Shown: piece after piece, positions 1-13,650 of the stretch
Numbering within the stretch: position 1 is the first letter of the stretch
How the letters are laid out: each line of letters opens with the position of its first letter
Assembly (NCBI GenBank): GCA_036172245.1
Contig: JAYWIR010000075.1
Location: 124,001-188,000, forward strand
Source of the DNA: Raillietiella orientalis
Lineage: Eukaryota
Direction: 5' to 3'
Length of the DNA stretch: 64,000 nucleotides
Made by a program: the position numbers and the translations under genes
The notes under the pieces: model-generated
What the model was told of the DNA's origin: nothing
Database searches by the model: none
The model's input: only the letters and a program-made list of their open reading frames with translations

Positions 1-416
1 GGCAACACCTCCGGCTGCTCTGGGAGGCAAGCTGCAACCCGACGTATTAATAGGGAAGCGAACCGAAGATCTGCACTTGTTCGGAGTGGCCTCCGAGCAG
101 GACGAGCACATGTGATGGGGCGTTTCCCCCTTTCCAGGTGGCGTGAAACCGAAGATGGAAACTAGGTGATGGATTTCGTACTGGAAAATAGAGGAACGCG
201 GTGATGGTGCCGGAGACGGCGACGAGAGGAAGGTCGGGTGTCCTACTGCAGCCCGCTGGGAGACATCGCAAATACACCGAGGCTACGGGGTTTCTCCTGG
301 AATGCCCTTGGGTGCTCAGGTCCCGGTGCGGGGCTCGAAGCCTACCATCGCTCGCGGCCGCGCTGCAGGAAGGCTGGAATGGGCATTTTGCAAGCGCGTC
401 TTTCAGGTCGCGCCGG
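1..416 (+). mobile_element. Fragment of the decayed Helitron-like element; inverted copy of 17244-17659
   Basis: Reverse complement of 17244-17659 (1 mismatch in the first 79 nt, roughly 95% overall by eye). ORFs 47..277(-) and 17167..17613(+) are near-identical. Cut by the window edge on the left and by a LINE 3' end on the right. Confidence 0.7.
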
Positions 417-418
417 TA

Positions 419-1200
419 TCTTCACCCGGATTTGGAAGAGCCTTTATTATTCAAATAATAATAAAATACATGTCATTATCAATGGAGTGGTAGAAAACTT
501 AGGTCTACCGCTTGCCGAGAACTTGTGCCGACCAGTAGGTGGACTGGCGGTGTTTGTTTCCGTGACGACGTGAAAAGAAAAACCGAAAAAAGAAAAAAAG
601 CGAAGAAAAAACGAAAAAAAGAAGAGGAAGTGTTTCCTAAAGCTGGGAAGGGTTCACTTTGTTTCGGGAGACGTTTTCCGCTTCCTGACCAGAATGCTGA
701 CAAGTTTTGTTCTTTCTTTTTGTAGGTATGACCATCTGAAGGCGGTCTTGAAAAAGATTGCTCCCCAGTGAGATGATGGGTCGGAATGACAGGAGTCTCT
801 GCCATCCCATCCTCTTATTCCCTCGTTTCAGGCTGTCCCGGTTCCGCGAACGCAGCAGAGGACTGTTGGGGAGGCGCGGCCGGAGGCAGAGCGGCACGCA
901 CAAGGAGACGTTGAAAGAGGTCACTGGGGTCGCCACCCACCGGGATTTCTAGGATCGTCGGGACTTGATTCCAAAGGATTTGGAGGGCGGCACAGTCCAT
1001 CAGAATGCGGGAAAGTTTTCTCAACGCAGCTTTCACAACTGGCATCCGCACACCCCCGTGCCCAATGATGGAGGCCTGATTCGGGTGTATGGGGATGGCC
1101 TCGATTCCGTCTCGAAATCATGGAGGATGCAGCCCGGATTGCAAGGCTGCAGGATGCAGCATACAAATCCAGTTACTCTCCCATCTCACTTCCGGGTCGA
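419..1200 (-). mobile_element. 5'-truncated, decayed L1/Tx1-type LINE (zinc-finger C-terminus plus 3' UTR)
   Basis: Minus-strand HHWARGCADASCESC and ILMDCAALQILWNQVPTILEIPVG align with the zf-RVT-like end of the copy at 59065-59499. T-rich 3' UTR and family terminal motif at 423-448. Confidence 0.7.
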
Positions 1201-1859
1201 CAAACGTTGGAGCCCGATGTTTTCCTATCTTCATTTATCTGTTCGTTTTCGTCCCCCCCTTTTCCCCTTGACGTCCTCAGACTGGGCACATCTTCCGCTT
1301 GGCCACGGCTCTGCATGTTGGCTTTCCTTGGCCCGCGTCTGTAGGGTACGAGAATACGCGTTTAACTCCAATGGATATTGGGGGTTAATATCTCGGTGAG
1401 ACTGAGTCTGAAACTTTCTGCTTACGGAAGAAGGGACGGGAGCTCACCAGCTAAGTGGTTCCATTACTAATAGTTACTGAAAACCTAACGTCCCAAAGCT
1501 CCCTGCTTACTGAAACGCAAACAGACGCTTGCAGAAGAGCGGAACGCACGGGTTCGGAAATGAGACAGGATAAAATAGCCGGAGGTGTAAAGCATTCTTT
1601 TCCCGGTGTACGTTCCCGGATATCCGGGGAATTGATTTTTTGTCCCTTCTTCTTCTTCCGAAATCCATCGTCATCGAGATTGCTCTGTTAGAATCTTGAG
1701 CTCATTCGCTGTGCATTCAGTCTTTTTTTTGGATTAATGGGAGGCTGCAAAGTGCCATCTCGTTCCAGAGGTCCTTCACGACCGTTTGCTTCCTTAGTGG
1801 GACTCACAAAACTCTTTTAACATGTCCACGCCATCCGAGAGTGAACTCTTCAAGGGTAG

Positions 1860-2250
1860 TTATAGGGGATAACACGGGAGGGACCACCGTATGAATCCAG
1901 GAAGGCTCCGAGGAAGAAGTCCGTTCCTTTTACACTTGGGAGGGAACCCTTATCTCTCCGGAAGGATCTTTTGAGGGGCTACTTCTTGTTTCCTCCTTTG
2001 AAGGGAACCTCGAAGGGACATTTACAAATTTCTCTGAAGAGCTCTCCCTGAAGGGGCAGCACGTTTCTTGACACTCTGGAAAGGAAAATGACTCCCCTCT
2101 CTTAGTGGTAATCAACCAGCTCCAGGGTACGCACTGGAAGGTCGGCCTTGTGGGAAGGGGACGGCTCCATTTTTACAGCCGGAAAGCAATCCCGAAGGGC
2201 TCCTTGATTTCTGGAAGGACCCCCGAAAGGTTAACTTCCAATCCCGGTTA
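1860..2250. repeat. Dispersed repeat with internal TCCGAAGGGAACCC-like units, copy A
   Basis: Collinear similarity to 22030-22625 and 53930-54515, e.g. GGGACCACCGTATGAATCCAGGAAGG, CACTCTGGA, TTTCTGGAAGGACCCCCGAAAGG. Confidence 0.7.
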
Positions 2251-2339
2251 GTCAACGGGAGCATTCGGGGTTTCCGTCTTCTATTAGTGTCTCACCCTGG
2301 GACATGCTACTGAGTATTCCGGAGGAAGACTGTAGTGGC

Positions 2340-3055
2340 CATCTGTGCTCATGAACACTCGCATCCTCCCCTTAAAGTGCAGGGAGTCGGCATTGCACCT
2401 CCCGTGCAACGCCTGCCGGCATTATTGGACACGAGTGTGTGTGGATCCAAACTGTGCAAGGTGCAGAGAGTGGGAATCCCTCCCGCACCTCGTAGTGGAC
2501 TGTGTTGCCCTCCGGCCTCTTTGGGGACGCTTTGCCACGACCCTTGGGACTCCCCGCGGCAACGTTAGAGACGTTTGAAAGCTCCTCTTCCTGCGCAACG
2601 CCCTCACGCCGGTCGCATCCCCAGCAGCACCTTGCTACCCACGCGGCAGGATCGTGGCTGCTTGAAGCAACGCTAGAGGAGGTCAGAACGACAAGGACGT
2701 CATTTATTTTGCTGTCCTATTCATGAGGACAGCGTCAAGATGGCCCCCTCTGGGAGTCTTGAAACAGGAACTTTCCGGCATCTTGGAAAGGATGCAGAGG
2801 ACGCCTTCCAGCATACTGTGATCCATTCCCAAACCCCCCATTTTTTGACTGTACTTTTTTTGTTTTATTTTTTCTTGTTGTTTGTCTCCCCTTTCCCTGT
2901 GCTTCGAGGCGAACCCCACTGGTTTGCGTGCCAGTTCCCGGCAGGTTTCCTCTCGTAGTTATAAGTAACGTGGCAGGATCAAACGTTCTGCCACAGATGT
3001 ATGTTTATGTATGTTTATTTTATAAATAAATGCCCCGGTATGACCGGGTGGCAAT
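2340..3055 (+). mobile_element. 5'-truncated, decayed L1/Tx1-type LINE 3' end
   Basis: LPCNACRHYW...VDPNCARCREWESLPHLVVDC (CX2C...H...C finger), ILERMQR end, T-rich UTR, AATAAA at 3025 followed by the terminal hairpin. Confidence 0.8.
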
Positions 3056-4469
3056 CAGTGCAGCTCCTCGAAGCCTATAAGACCAACTGGCGTCATCCTT
3101 CCTTTCTTTCCCTACGTCTCTGTCTAAGGTCGCTTTTACGATTTGTTGCACAACAACAGTTGGCGCCTATACTTTGTTCAAGTGAAATCCGTTTGGAAGC
3201 TCCTGTTTTTCTTTCGCACAGTGTACGAAGGCATCTCCCACATTATTTTGCTTGCTTCTGCAATGCACTGGAAAGTTTTCCGTAGACAGCTGACCATGGT
3301 CATCCGCAGCCCCCTTTGCGACCTCTCCATATCCAATAAACATGGCTTTCTTGATAGCATGTTTTCCTTTCACAGACCAAAGAGTACTCCGAGGTGAGTC
3401 GTTTTTGCTGCTTATTGAACTTCCAAGAAAATGTCCCCACCTCTACCCAAGCTTGTTCTATCACTACTATGTCCCAATTGTGATCTTGCAGCTGCTTTGT
3501 CTGGAACAAACCGTGTGATCCTTTCACTCCTTAGAGTCGAAGCATCACTGACCCGGGACCTTACGTTTTCGCGCTGCAAGAATTCTTCCAGCTGCTCGCA
3601 CCACTCCGTTTGCGATCTTGTTGCCTTCCTATCACTTCTGAGGTGGGAGAGTGCAGTTAGTGATTCAATCAGCGGGCTGCAAAACCTCGATAAGTGGGAC
3701 CGGTAGCAAAAAAATTGCTTGCTTAGATGGTACTCAGTGAGCAAATTTTTCGCTGCCGAGTAAGCAAATCATATGTAGGGATTCCACCAGTCTTGGAAGG
3801 ACCAATGCTGACCCATTTTTGAGATGGTTTGTCCAACCTACAGCAACCTGGAAAGTTTTTCAAACCAAGGTATCATACCCATGTCCTAGTGCCGAAATGC
3901 TCGTTCCCTTTTGAACTTGAGCGAAATTCTCAGTTGCGAATGATTGTAAAGAAGATGAGTAAACATTCTCTCCTCCGGCGTGCAAAGCGGCAGAAGCTGC
4001 AGTGTTTGAGCCGTAGACGATGCATTTCTAGGCAACAAACGCACGCGCAAGCGTCAGCAATCTGTGCGAGTAAATTTCTCCAAGTTTTATAGGCATTGAA
4101 TCTGTAGGGAGTCTCAGCACATGTTTGGAGGAAAGATTTTTTTTTTTTTTTCCCCGGATACAATACACCTTTAATAAATCGTGTTCCGCAACCTTGGCAC
4201 TCAGAGAGTGGCAATTGCGTACGCATTTTCCCTTATGCGGAAGCCTGAGGGACTTTCAATGTTTACTTAAGATGGGAGCTCTTCTTGTGTGCAGGATGTG
4301 AGGATGCTAACGATGCGCACTCTCTCTTGCGTATCCAAAGGGTGTTTTTTTCCCGGTTAACATAGCTGAACGGAAGTCTAGGCCGGGTTGTAACAGGAGA
4401 ACACCGAGGTTGTGTGGTAGCTGAATGCAAGGCGCCATGCGGTGCCAATCGAAATACCGAAAGAGCATA

Positions 4470-5113
4470 CATAAACGACACGTATGCTTATTCTACATAG
4501 ATTAACATACCAATTTTTTAATATGCATAGTTCTTTATATTTACGAACATACATATTATTAACATTAACATCATTGGAACACACATTATTAAGGTTCAAC
4601 GACATACATTTTATTAATAAACTTAATAAGTTGTTGATTATATATATATATGTTAAAAATGAGAAAAAATCAACGAATTTGCTTATTATACACATAAGGA
4701 TAATAAGCAAAATATAATAAGTATAATAAGCAAAACATAAGTATGTATATATGAATAAAAATATGTACGCACACATACATCAATATGTGTATAAATATGT
4801 GTATCAATACACATAACAAGCATATGTATTTATCTTTTATCATTTGCATGGTATATATTAATATATATATTAGTCTCTATGTAAATATATATAATAAGCA
4901 CATGTGCTTATTTTTTCTAATCTTTTCCGACAATATAATCAACAACTTAATTTTATTAATAAAATGTATGTCACTGGATCTTAATGAATATATCTGTTCC
5001 AATAATACTACTGTGCATAATGTGTATATTAATAAATACAAATAACTATGCACATTAAAAAAATGTGTATATTAATCTATATGTAGAATAAGCATACGTG
5101 CTCGTTGTTTATG
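4470..5113. mobile_element. AT-rich foldback / MITE-like element with about 230-bp imperfect inverted arms
   Basis: Left arm CATAAAC..CACGTATGCTTATTCTACATAGATTAA...GACATACATTTTATTAATAAA...AAGTTGTTGATTATAT matches the reverse complement of about 4885-5113. Mirror ORFs 4378..4776(-) and 4785..5045(+) are similar. No clear target-site duplication. Confidence 0.75.
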
Positions 5114-6299
5114 ATCTTTGGCTGTTTTGAACCAGACCCATGAGTTCATCATTTGGAAATGTGAGCTTTGAGTCTTAGAGTCCCCCCTTCCCGATATATG
5201 AATATAAATATCCTTCTCAGAGCTGGGATTCACACCCTGAACATTTGCTGCAGAGGTCTGCACACATGTCTTAGCACAAGTGCATGAGAACTCTTTGCCC
5301 AGGAGAACTATTTGTGCACGGCCGGAACAGAAATGGAAACCTCCAATCAACCGGGAATATTCAGCAACGGTCATCCTTGGGGAATTTTCGGAAACTGTCC
5401 TCCGTTGCCGATCAGCAATTTCAAGATGAAAATGAGCATCCTTGTTTTCTTCAGAAGTGCTGCCTTCTTTCTTCAGAAGGACTCCTTCGGTGATGCGATT
5501 TCTTCGTCTCTGTTTCCAGCCGTCTCTCGCGAGCGCTCGCCTGTTCAAACGTGATGGACTCTTGAGCTCGTCACACACGGCAACGCTTCACGAGAAGGGT
5601 GCGATGAGGTGATGGGTGACCAATCAACTCCTCGTGCGGTTTGAAAAAAAGCAACTTTTAATGTGCAGTGACCAACTCGACGAACGTCGAGCGAATGCAG
5701 GAGGTTCTGGATAACCAATGTGTCACGTGGTGACCGTAAGGAATGGACCTTTCGTACTTCGCGGCGGTTCTTCGCCGGAAATTCGTGGGGATCCCTTTCA
5801 CGGAGCAACTTTCCGAGTTTCGCATCAAGCGTGAGCTTGTTTCTCTGGTCCAACGCACGATTAACTGAAGATTCTTCACTAAAGAGTTGGTGATGATCAC
5901 AGATCCGTTGCCATCTGTGTGGAAGATGGAAGCTCGCATGAAGTAGGCGGATGAGGAATCTGTGCGAGGATGCGGCGTTTAAGAGTGCGAATCCCATCGG
6001 GACACTTCAGCTAATCCGAAAGCTTGAAAGCTACGCAGCACAGCTCGAAAGCTCTTGGTGAAGGAAGAAACCCTGCCGACTTTGTTAATTTTCATTATAA
6101 AAAAAGATTGCAGCTCTTTGGAACTTCTCCTGTGGTATTTGAGTGGGGGGAAAGGAGCGCATCTCAATCGCTGTCAAAGCAAGCATACGAGTTCCAGATG
6201 ATTTTCTTGAAAAATGCACAGCATTGATGATTTTGACAGCTGGGTAATTTAAGAGTCGCTCATAGCACCTATGTATTCACATGCTCCAGCGTCTATTTT

Positions 6300-7700
6300 T
6301 GAAATCAGCATCCTTTATCAAAGACTACAGTTTCAGGACAGGTAGGTTTCATAAATACCTGCTCATTCAGTTGATGACAACTACGCTCATGACATCTACA
6401 TCTCCTACAGTCCAAGAAGTCAAAAGTCAATAAAACCCTCTCAGACATGCGGACTATCGACTAGCTGGATGCTGAGTCTTCTTATCAACATCACTTCTCC
6501 ACACTTTCCAGCGGTTTGTCTGCAAGTGCTGTGAAATATGGATGTGATATGTCTTCAGCTACTCTTCCTTATATTGCACGAACCCATATATAAGGAGGAC
6601 ACTTTCATAGCCTCACCATCCTTTGACCCATTTTTCCAATAAATTAAGAGGAGCCGCTCCCGTCCAAAAAATCACAGTCCTCTGCATCACAACACCGTTC
6701 AGACCATTTGTTCTATCAATTTGTCAGATGCTGTCCTCGTGAAAAATGCTCCTCTCAGCACTGACCCGATGTTCCGCGATGCTTTCCGAACCATGACCTT
6801 GACTCCCTTACCCGCTACACTCAAGATTCATCCATATTTGCTTGTCATTTCACTTCCTTATCCTCCTATCAAGACTCACTGCCTCAATCATTTGAATGAA
6901 AGACTAATCTTCTAAAGCGAATATCAGTCGGATGATTCGCTTTCCTATACACCTCATAGTTCAATCAAGAAACATTCCTCCAACACCTATGTAAGTGTTC
7001 ATTTTCCAAATGACCCTCGGTCAACCATCGATGCCACCATGACTACGCTCTTACCCTAAAGACAAGGAAGCAAATGTGCCCAATCCATTCTCTACATGAT
7101 CAGAACCAGCTCCCCGTTCACCCTGAGCGGAATCTTGAGACAAACGATGAACCCCTGCCGTGCACACCACAGCTCATGCTAAACACACCTTAAAACATGG
7201 AAACCTCGACAGCCACATCTTTACTGTCAGTTCACATTTCGTGGTATTCCTATTGCAGGAAGAAATCACACCCTCGCGAGAAAGCATATGCGGAACCTCA
7301 ACAAAACACCTATAATTTCTGTTCCTCATGCATATGAAGTCAACATCCCACATCTAGTTACCCGTGAATAACTCAGTATCAAATGGCACGTTTATCGTCC
7401 ACAGCTCTCAATATCTCAGATATCATGCTCATGTTCTCACTCTTATTTGCGACAAAATCAAAGGATCCATTTTGTTTCATTCTCAAATACCAACTCATGA
7501 TGCCCTTCATGAAATGGCTTGAAACTATCCCCCCCCCCCTATCCATCTCATAGCCATCCTCTGAGAATGACACTGAGCTGCACCCCTACCCAAAGTATTC
7601 TGCGCAGCTAGTGTTACCTACGCCACTTTTACCTATGTATTAGCACATGCGGCAATGCAATCATTATGCAACCCAGACTGAAATACTACAGAAGAACTCA
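6300..7700 (+). mobile_element. Possible very old LINE remnant
   Basis: C/A-rich strand bias and an SDH codon run (TCAGACCAT, about 6699) like the end of an AP-endonuclease. No open frame. Confidence 0.2.
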
Positions 7701-8103
7701 GACTATCTAGGACTTCCGGAAATATGCGAATCTTCCTTCTGAATTCCATATGGAGGTCTCAAGTTCTCATGGACTTCTCCTCAGCACCAAACTGTCGTTT
7801 CTCGAGCAGATCATTTTCTCTTTTTCAGACCACACTCCTTTCTGAACGGTCCACTGTTTCGAGAAAGACTCGTTCTCATCATGGGAGATTTCGTAGCTTT
7901 TTCGGTTTGCTCCCGTCTCTCCGCAAACTAAGAGACCCACAGCTCCGAAAGGCCGCCGTAGATGTCTATACCTCAATGCATGGGACTCGATGTCACCAAA
8001 CCAAGAGAGCCCCGCTCGATGTGACCTTTCCTCGAAAGCGCTCAATGGAACAAACGATGATTAACCAAGGTCAAAGGCCGCAGTCTTCTCTCCAGTGCCT
8101 GAT

Positions 8104-8183
8104 GGACCCTTTCTTATGACGGACCCTTTCTTATGACGGACCCTTTCTTATGACGGACCCTTTCTTATGACGGACCCTTTCTT
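8104..8183. repeat. Perfect 17-bp tandem repeat (GGACCCTTTCTTATGAC) x4.7
   Basis: Four identical units plus a 12-nt partial, read directly. Confidence 0.95.
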
Positions 8184-9418
8184 TTCTTACGACTAATGGA
8201 ACACTTTCCGAGAGGTACTCTGGGTGAACTTCTTCCGAGTTCCCCGTCTCGTGATCTCCACCAGCTCCCTATTCCTTCTTTTCTTACTCATCCAAACCGA
8301 ACCATCTCACGTGATCTATTCGTCGCGTTTCCATGTCCGATACGCTTCGTATTAGAACACCACAACGGCTACCTCGAAGTTTCTCCTGTTTGCCTCAATT
8401 AGCACATGCATGCGACATCGGGCTGCCCTATCCTTCCTGGCTTGATGACTCCGACATTAATCCTTCAGAATTCTGACTGGATGATGCACAGCTCCATAAC
8501 GCTGCATGAAACACCAATCACATCTGCCCATTACCAACTGGATCTTGGGAGCAGAACTGGACTTCGCTCTGCTGAAGACGACACTGTGCTCGGCCGTTCG
8601 AGTCCCATCTGCTGTACATCAGTATCTCGAGTGCGCAGGTTGGAGATCCGGGGGCCTTTTGCGACGGTTCTTCTCTGAGGTGTTTCATCCACTTGCGCGC
8701 GTCCCATGGGCGGCACAAGAGAGATTCGTCAGCAAGATCCCATTTCCCAGGTGGCCACGGCAATGCAATGGGATATACACGAAATTAGGGACGTAGTTGT
8801 GAGATAGCTGCGGAAGTGGCCGGCTCTGAGCCAGGGAACCCGTTCGATTCCCTCGAAGTGTTCACTCGGGATTTTGCGAGTCTCTCTCTTTACTATGTGC
8901 TCCTCCTCCTTCGTCCACTTTTTTTCTTCCCGGCGTCCTCTCCCTTCGTTCCCTTTTCCGATAACACCCAGTCAGCATCTATCCACCGTCTCTTTCCCCA
9001 CAGTTTTCCATGTCACTCATTAATTACTCCACTACCAACGTCCTCGCACACACATCAAACACGATTTCCTGCAATCGTCGACTCCAAGGACAATCACTTT
9101 CTTCGGGTGGATCCTACCCAGGTGCTTAAGAGCACCCTCAGACCCCGTTTCCTTTATGACTTGTCTACTCTCGCACGGTAGCGGAGACCAGCTTGCTGCT
9201 GGCACCCGCCATGCTCCCAGTCCACCAGTCGCTCGTAATCCCTACCGCACACGAAGCTGCGTAAGTATGTCTCGGCAACCATGACGATGAAACTGCCGTG
9301 CTCCTGCATTCTTCCTCGTGGCTGCATCTCTGAAGCGTTCTTCTCAACCGAAAACTCGCTCGCACCTCAGCGGTCAAGAAGCGATGCGAAGAGAAGAAAA
9401 AAAGCATGTTCCTTGTGG

Positions 9419-9489
9419 ATCGCCAGCTGCAAAGCGAGCTTCCCTAATGAATCGCCAGCTGCAAAGCGAGCTTCCCTAATGAATCGCCA
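9419..9489. repeat. Perfect 32-bp tandem duplication
   Basis: ATCGCCAGCTGCAAAGCGAGCTTCCCTAATGA x2 followed by ATCGCCA. Confidence 0.95.
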
Positions 9490-12400
9490 TTCGGATTCCC
9501 TTCCACATTCCTTATTTGTTCACCTGATTTTACTTTACAAACCCGAAAGTGAATATACGGAAAAGAGAAAGATTTCTTGAACTCTGAAGGTTTTTCATAA
9601 TGATTACCCGATCGAATTACCATCGCATTGAAAATCAAATGCCGTTAACTGAAATCCTCTTAACGTGTATGCGTGCCATGCTGCGAAAACCAATGTGGAA
9701 TCGAATGGGAAAGTCATTACCAGCAGTTGGTAATCGCAACCACGTCCCGAAGTTCATGCATGTCCCATATCCCACGCATTGTTCCAGCCACTCCTTGTTC
9801 TTACATATTCTCTCATCACTTGCTGCCTTTTGCTGTGAACCAATGCTATAGTTAAGCTGATTCTCGTCCATTTCCTTCCATTCCTCTGAAAAGAAACGTA
9901 GGAGCAAAATCCTAATTATCGAATAAGTAATTTCAAGTACAGCCTCTTTACAAAACTAGCATTTTTTTTCTAAATAAATAACATTATCAAGCACAATCCA
10001 TTCCACATTCATTCCTGTGATTAAAGGTTTGCCAGTTTAGTGCTGGATGACTATCTGAACCAGGAATAACTTCGGTGTAGATGTTATATACAAAAATTCA
10101 GGATTCTGAATTTTATGATTCTATTAGAACCGTTTCCTCTCTATCAGTTTTTTTTAAAATCCTCATGCTACAGGTTTTCATTTCATCATCTTTGATCCTT
10201 ACCAAATTATAGAAGATTACATGTTCATTTGATACTTTATACGTTTATGTGTTTAAAAATCAAAACGACTATTCTTCTTTCCTAACGGATAATTCTAAAA
10301 TGAAAGGTGTAATATAATAGATTTGACTAGATAATAAGGAATTAATCAAACATATTTATGTTACATGAGACATATTCATATCCATCCCATGATCGATGTC
10401 TACGTAAATGTCAAAAATACCTGAATCTTTATCTGTTTTCAATCCAGGCTGATTCCTGGATTGAAAACATGGTATCAGGAACATCTGTGCCGCTGGAAGA
10501 GAGCAAGGATCAAACTGTCACACAGAAGTAGAGAACTCTTTCAGAATCGAAAGACGTATTTCAGTTTCGAGAAGGCGGAATTAAAACCAGAATGCACAAA
10601 AAGTATCTTTCGTTTCGCTTATGTGGCAAGAAAGCAACAAGAAAGAATCTTTAAAACCTTCACAGGAATGGACACTGGGTCTCTCGATTAGGACGCGAAC
10701 ATTTTCCTACAAATAGCGTAAAGGAAGGGGTGAAAAAAAAAAAAAACTTCAACTTGGAGTCCATGACCGGTGCGTGTTCCAAGTGGAAAACCGGATTGCC
10801 AGTTGTGTGAAGTAGTTGGGATATCCCAGAAAGCGCTCCCCCCGAGGACTACGATGTACCCGCATTCGGCGAAGCACAAACGGGATGGATACTATTAAAC
10901 CTCCAAAGCTCCTCTCACGCTCTGCTTTCTGTGGATCCAAACGTGCATTTGGCGGGGACTACTTGTTGGAGAATGCACTGCAAGAAGCCCGCTTGAATGG
11001 TGCGTGTTCAGATCGCAACCACTTGCATTTGCAAGCGTGTCTAGAGTGTTCTATATAAAGGAGCTTGGTTTGGCTAGAAAGCAATCAGACCACGGCGAAC
11101 ACTTCGAGACGTGAATTTGCTCTGTGTACATCTCTGATTACTTGTACCATACACGCAGGCAAGAGTCTTCGTATGCTACAAATGGTGATAACACGTAGTA
11201 CTTGCTAGTGGGGATGTAATCGTAGTATCATAGCTGCTATCAGAGAGGAGGATATGCTTTCTTGCCGTTTCTAAGGTTCCCGACAAAAAAATTAACAGCG
11301 ATTCTCGACGAAGGGATTTATGAAGAGAAGACTCTAAGGGGAGTCACCTCTACTCTCTATCTCCCCAGTTTTCAGAATTGCATTCTAATGAGGTGTTCGT
11401 GATCATTCAGGCATCATTAGGGAGAAGACGTTTCACAGAGGATAGCAAGTGCGCGACGGTCTGTTAAGTCTGATAAATAAAGGGTGGGAAGCTGGCATTG
11501 ACAAGATGAAAATTCGACGCTCTCGAGAGTTTCTGAGAGCACCCGATACGTGTTGCGATCGTTTCGCTACTCGTCAGAGCTGATTGACAATTCGAGGTGG
11601 TGGTCAGCTTCTGTTTCCTCCATTGAGAAAATCTGCTGCTGCTGGACCGGAGCCATCTCTGTGACCACGAGTGAATGCTATCCTCAACAAGAAAGCAGAT
11701 GAACCCAGTTCATATCCGGACCTGCAGATCTCCGCAGTTTTTAAGAGGTGGCGCTTTGCCAGCAGTCCACTTCTCGGGTTGTAGCATCGGCGCGGTGCTC
11801 GAAAGATGAAATCCAGAGTTCCGGGATCATGATGTCATTCTGTGGCTAAGCAGATTGATTTGTCCTGTCTTTTCCGATCAGGTAAATTAGGGAACACTTG
11901 GGGCTCAACAGGGATAGAGTTGGGACTCTACCACAGTTCTACTGGGAATCTGAGCTACACTCATTTCATAGGGGTTTCTTCTCACAGTGAAGACGACAAA
12001 CTCATCATTCACTACGCTTTTCATATCAGCAAACTGAGCAACTCTTTGAGCTCTTTGAAAGATGCATGTGCCTTTTCCGCTCTTCGATTGGAACGGCGAA
12101 CATTCGTTTGCACATCTTTGCATCCAAGCTCCCAATAAAAGGAAAAAAAGATAGTCATTGCAATTCAGAATTGAGGTGCTCGAGGAAGAATAAAAGCTCA
12201 CGAAAAACAAAGGATAAGTAGGTGGACAGACAGCTCACAGAAATTCAAGCCGGACCAATAATTTCACGAGGGCTTGGAAATTTTTTTTTCAAAAGGTTCC
12301 ACGAAAGGTGACATCCTTAGCCATTGAATTTGGATTCTTATCGAGCAAGAGCCTCCATAAGAATGGCCTTTTTTTTTTTTTCCAAAGAATTTCAAAACCG

Positions 12401-12999
12401 CAACAGCACATCTGAAGATCATGAAATCAACCATCTCAAAACTGCTGTTGATAAGCTTGAGGGTGATTTCGCAACAGTTAGATCTTTATCTACTCCCTGA
12501 CGTGCAATAGAAATCCACAACGCAACTTGAAATCTTCCCCAAAAGGCACACGGCTGATTGGAATCGTTACAGCAAGTTATTTGGTTGCTGCTCTTCCAGC
12601 TTTCTGTGAGACGTTTCCACTCAGAAGACGAGAATCTTTTTGCCTTTTCTTCCCCTGGCAGCTCTGATATCCATTCCGTTTCCCGGATGATTGCAGTTGT
12701 GGAAACTTGCAGCTGTGTGATGAGCACTAATCCCGGCTTAACACTGATGCTGCGAGGAGTTGCAAGTCAAACACTTTGGAGGGGGTTTGCTCTTCAAACC
12801 TCATCTTGCTACTCCATTTCGTCTTTGCTGACCAAAAGATGTCGACTGACCGGCGCGCTCGGACATGCAGAGCTGCGCTTTCCGTCCAGTGCTTGTTCGT
12901 TTTACTCTCGCCTTTTTCGGCCTGTTTGCCTGATACCCAGGACATCATCGTAGTTCCTCCATGTTTTTAAACTGGTCCCGACGTCCTGGAAGAACCCGG

Positions 13000-13650
13000 C
13001 CATTCCGTTATTGCGCTGGCGTTCCCAACGCCGGGGCGTTCACCTCCCAACGAAAAACAAACAAGCAAAGTAGGACGTCGATCCTATGGTTCCAGGAGTC
13101 TGAGAAAGGGGGAATAAGCCACCGACTCGCAGGTTGACCAGAAGAAGGGCAGGGATGGTTAAAGAGAATAGACAATAAATGAATAAAAAAGGGAGGAAAA
13201 GATGAGAATTATCAGTTAAATCTGACGACCGCATTCTGCAACCTCCGAGCAATGCAGTCAGCGTTCTTGCTGCAAGTGAGGCCATTTGCCACATTGTGCA
13301 GCGCCGAGGAAGGACCTTTATGTCATTACTGACACGATTTCTGAGATCTCCGCGCAGAAAGGACAATCCTACCGCTGCAGTACGGATTTGCGAGCAGGAT
13401 GGAGGTCGAAAGCCCATCACACATGGAGATGCTCCACAACAGCTCCTTGGGAGTGCCCTCAGGTGAAGCAGGGGCAAGCTCAAGGAGCTTCCAGATGCTC
13501 CGAAGGCATCGCAGTCCAGAAACAGGTGCGGGAGTCCTCCTGCTTTCCCGCACCCGGGACAGCTCCGGGAGGTGTTCCCCTCGTCCAACAATGCCGACGC
13601 TGATTTCGCGGGAGATCCCAGTTCAAGAAGAGCTCCACCTCATGATGCCA
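13000..13650 (-). mobile_element. Decayed L1/Tx1-type LINE 3' fragment
   Basis: CPGCGKAGGLPHLFLDC finger in ORF 13040..13591(-), followed by a T-rich UTR. Terminal motif not recognisable. Confidence 0.65.

Noticed and set aside
8104..8183. CRISPR-like array
   Set aside because: The units are contiguous with no spacers, the context is eukaryotic, and there are no cas genes. It is a minisatellite.
12400..12452. Hammerhead ribozyme (CTGAAGA-TCAT-GAAA flanked by CAACAGCA/TGCTGTTG)
   Set aside because: No stem II, and no stem III with an NUH cleavage site. The other CTGANGA hits I checked (e.g. about 30345 minus) also fail.
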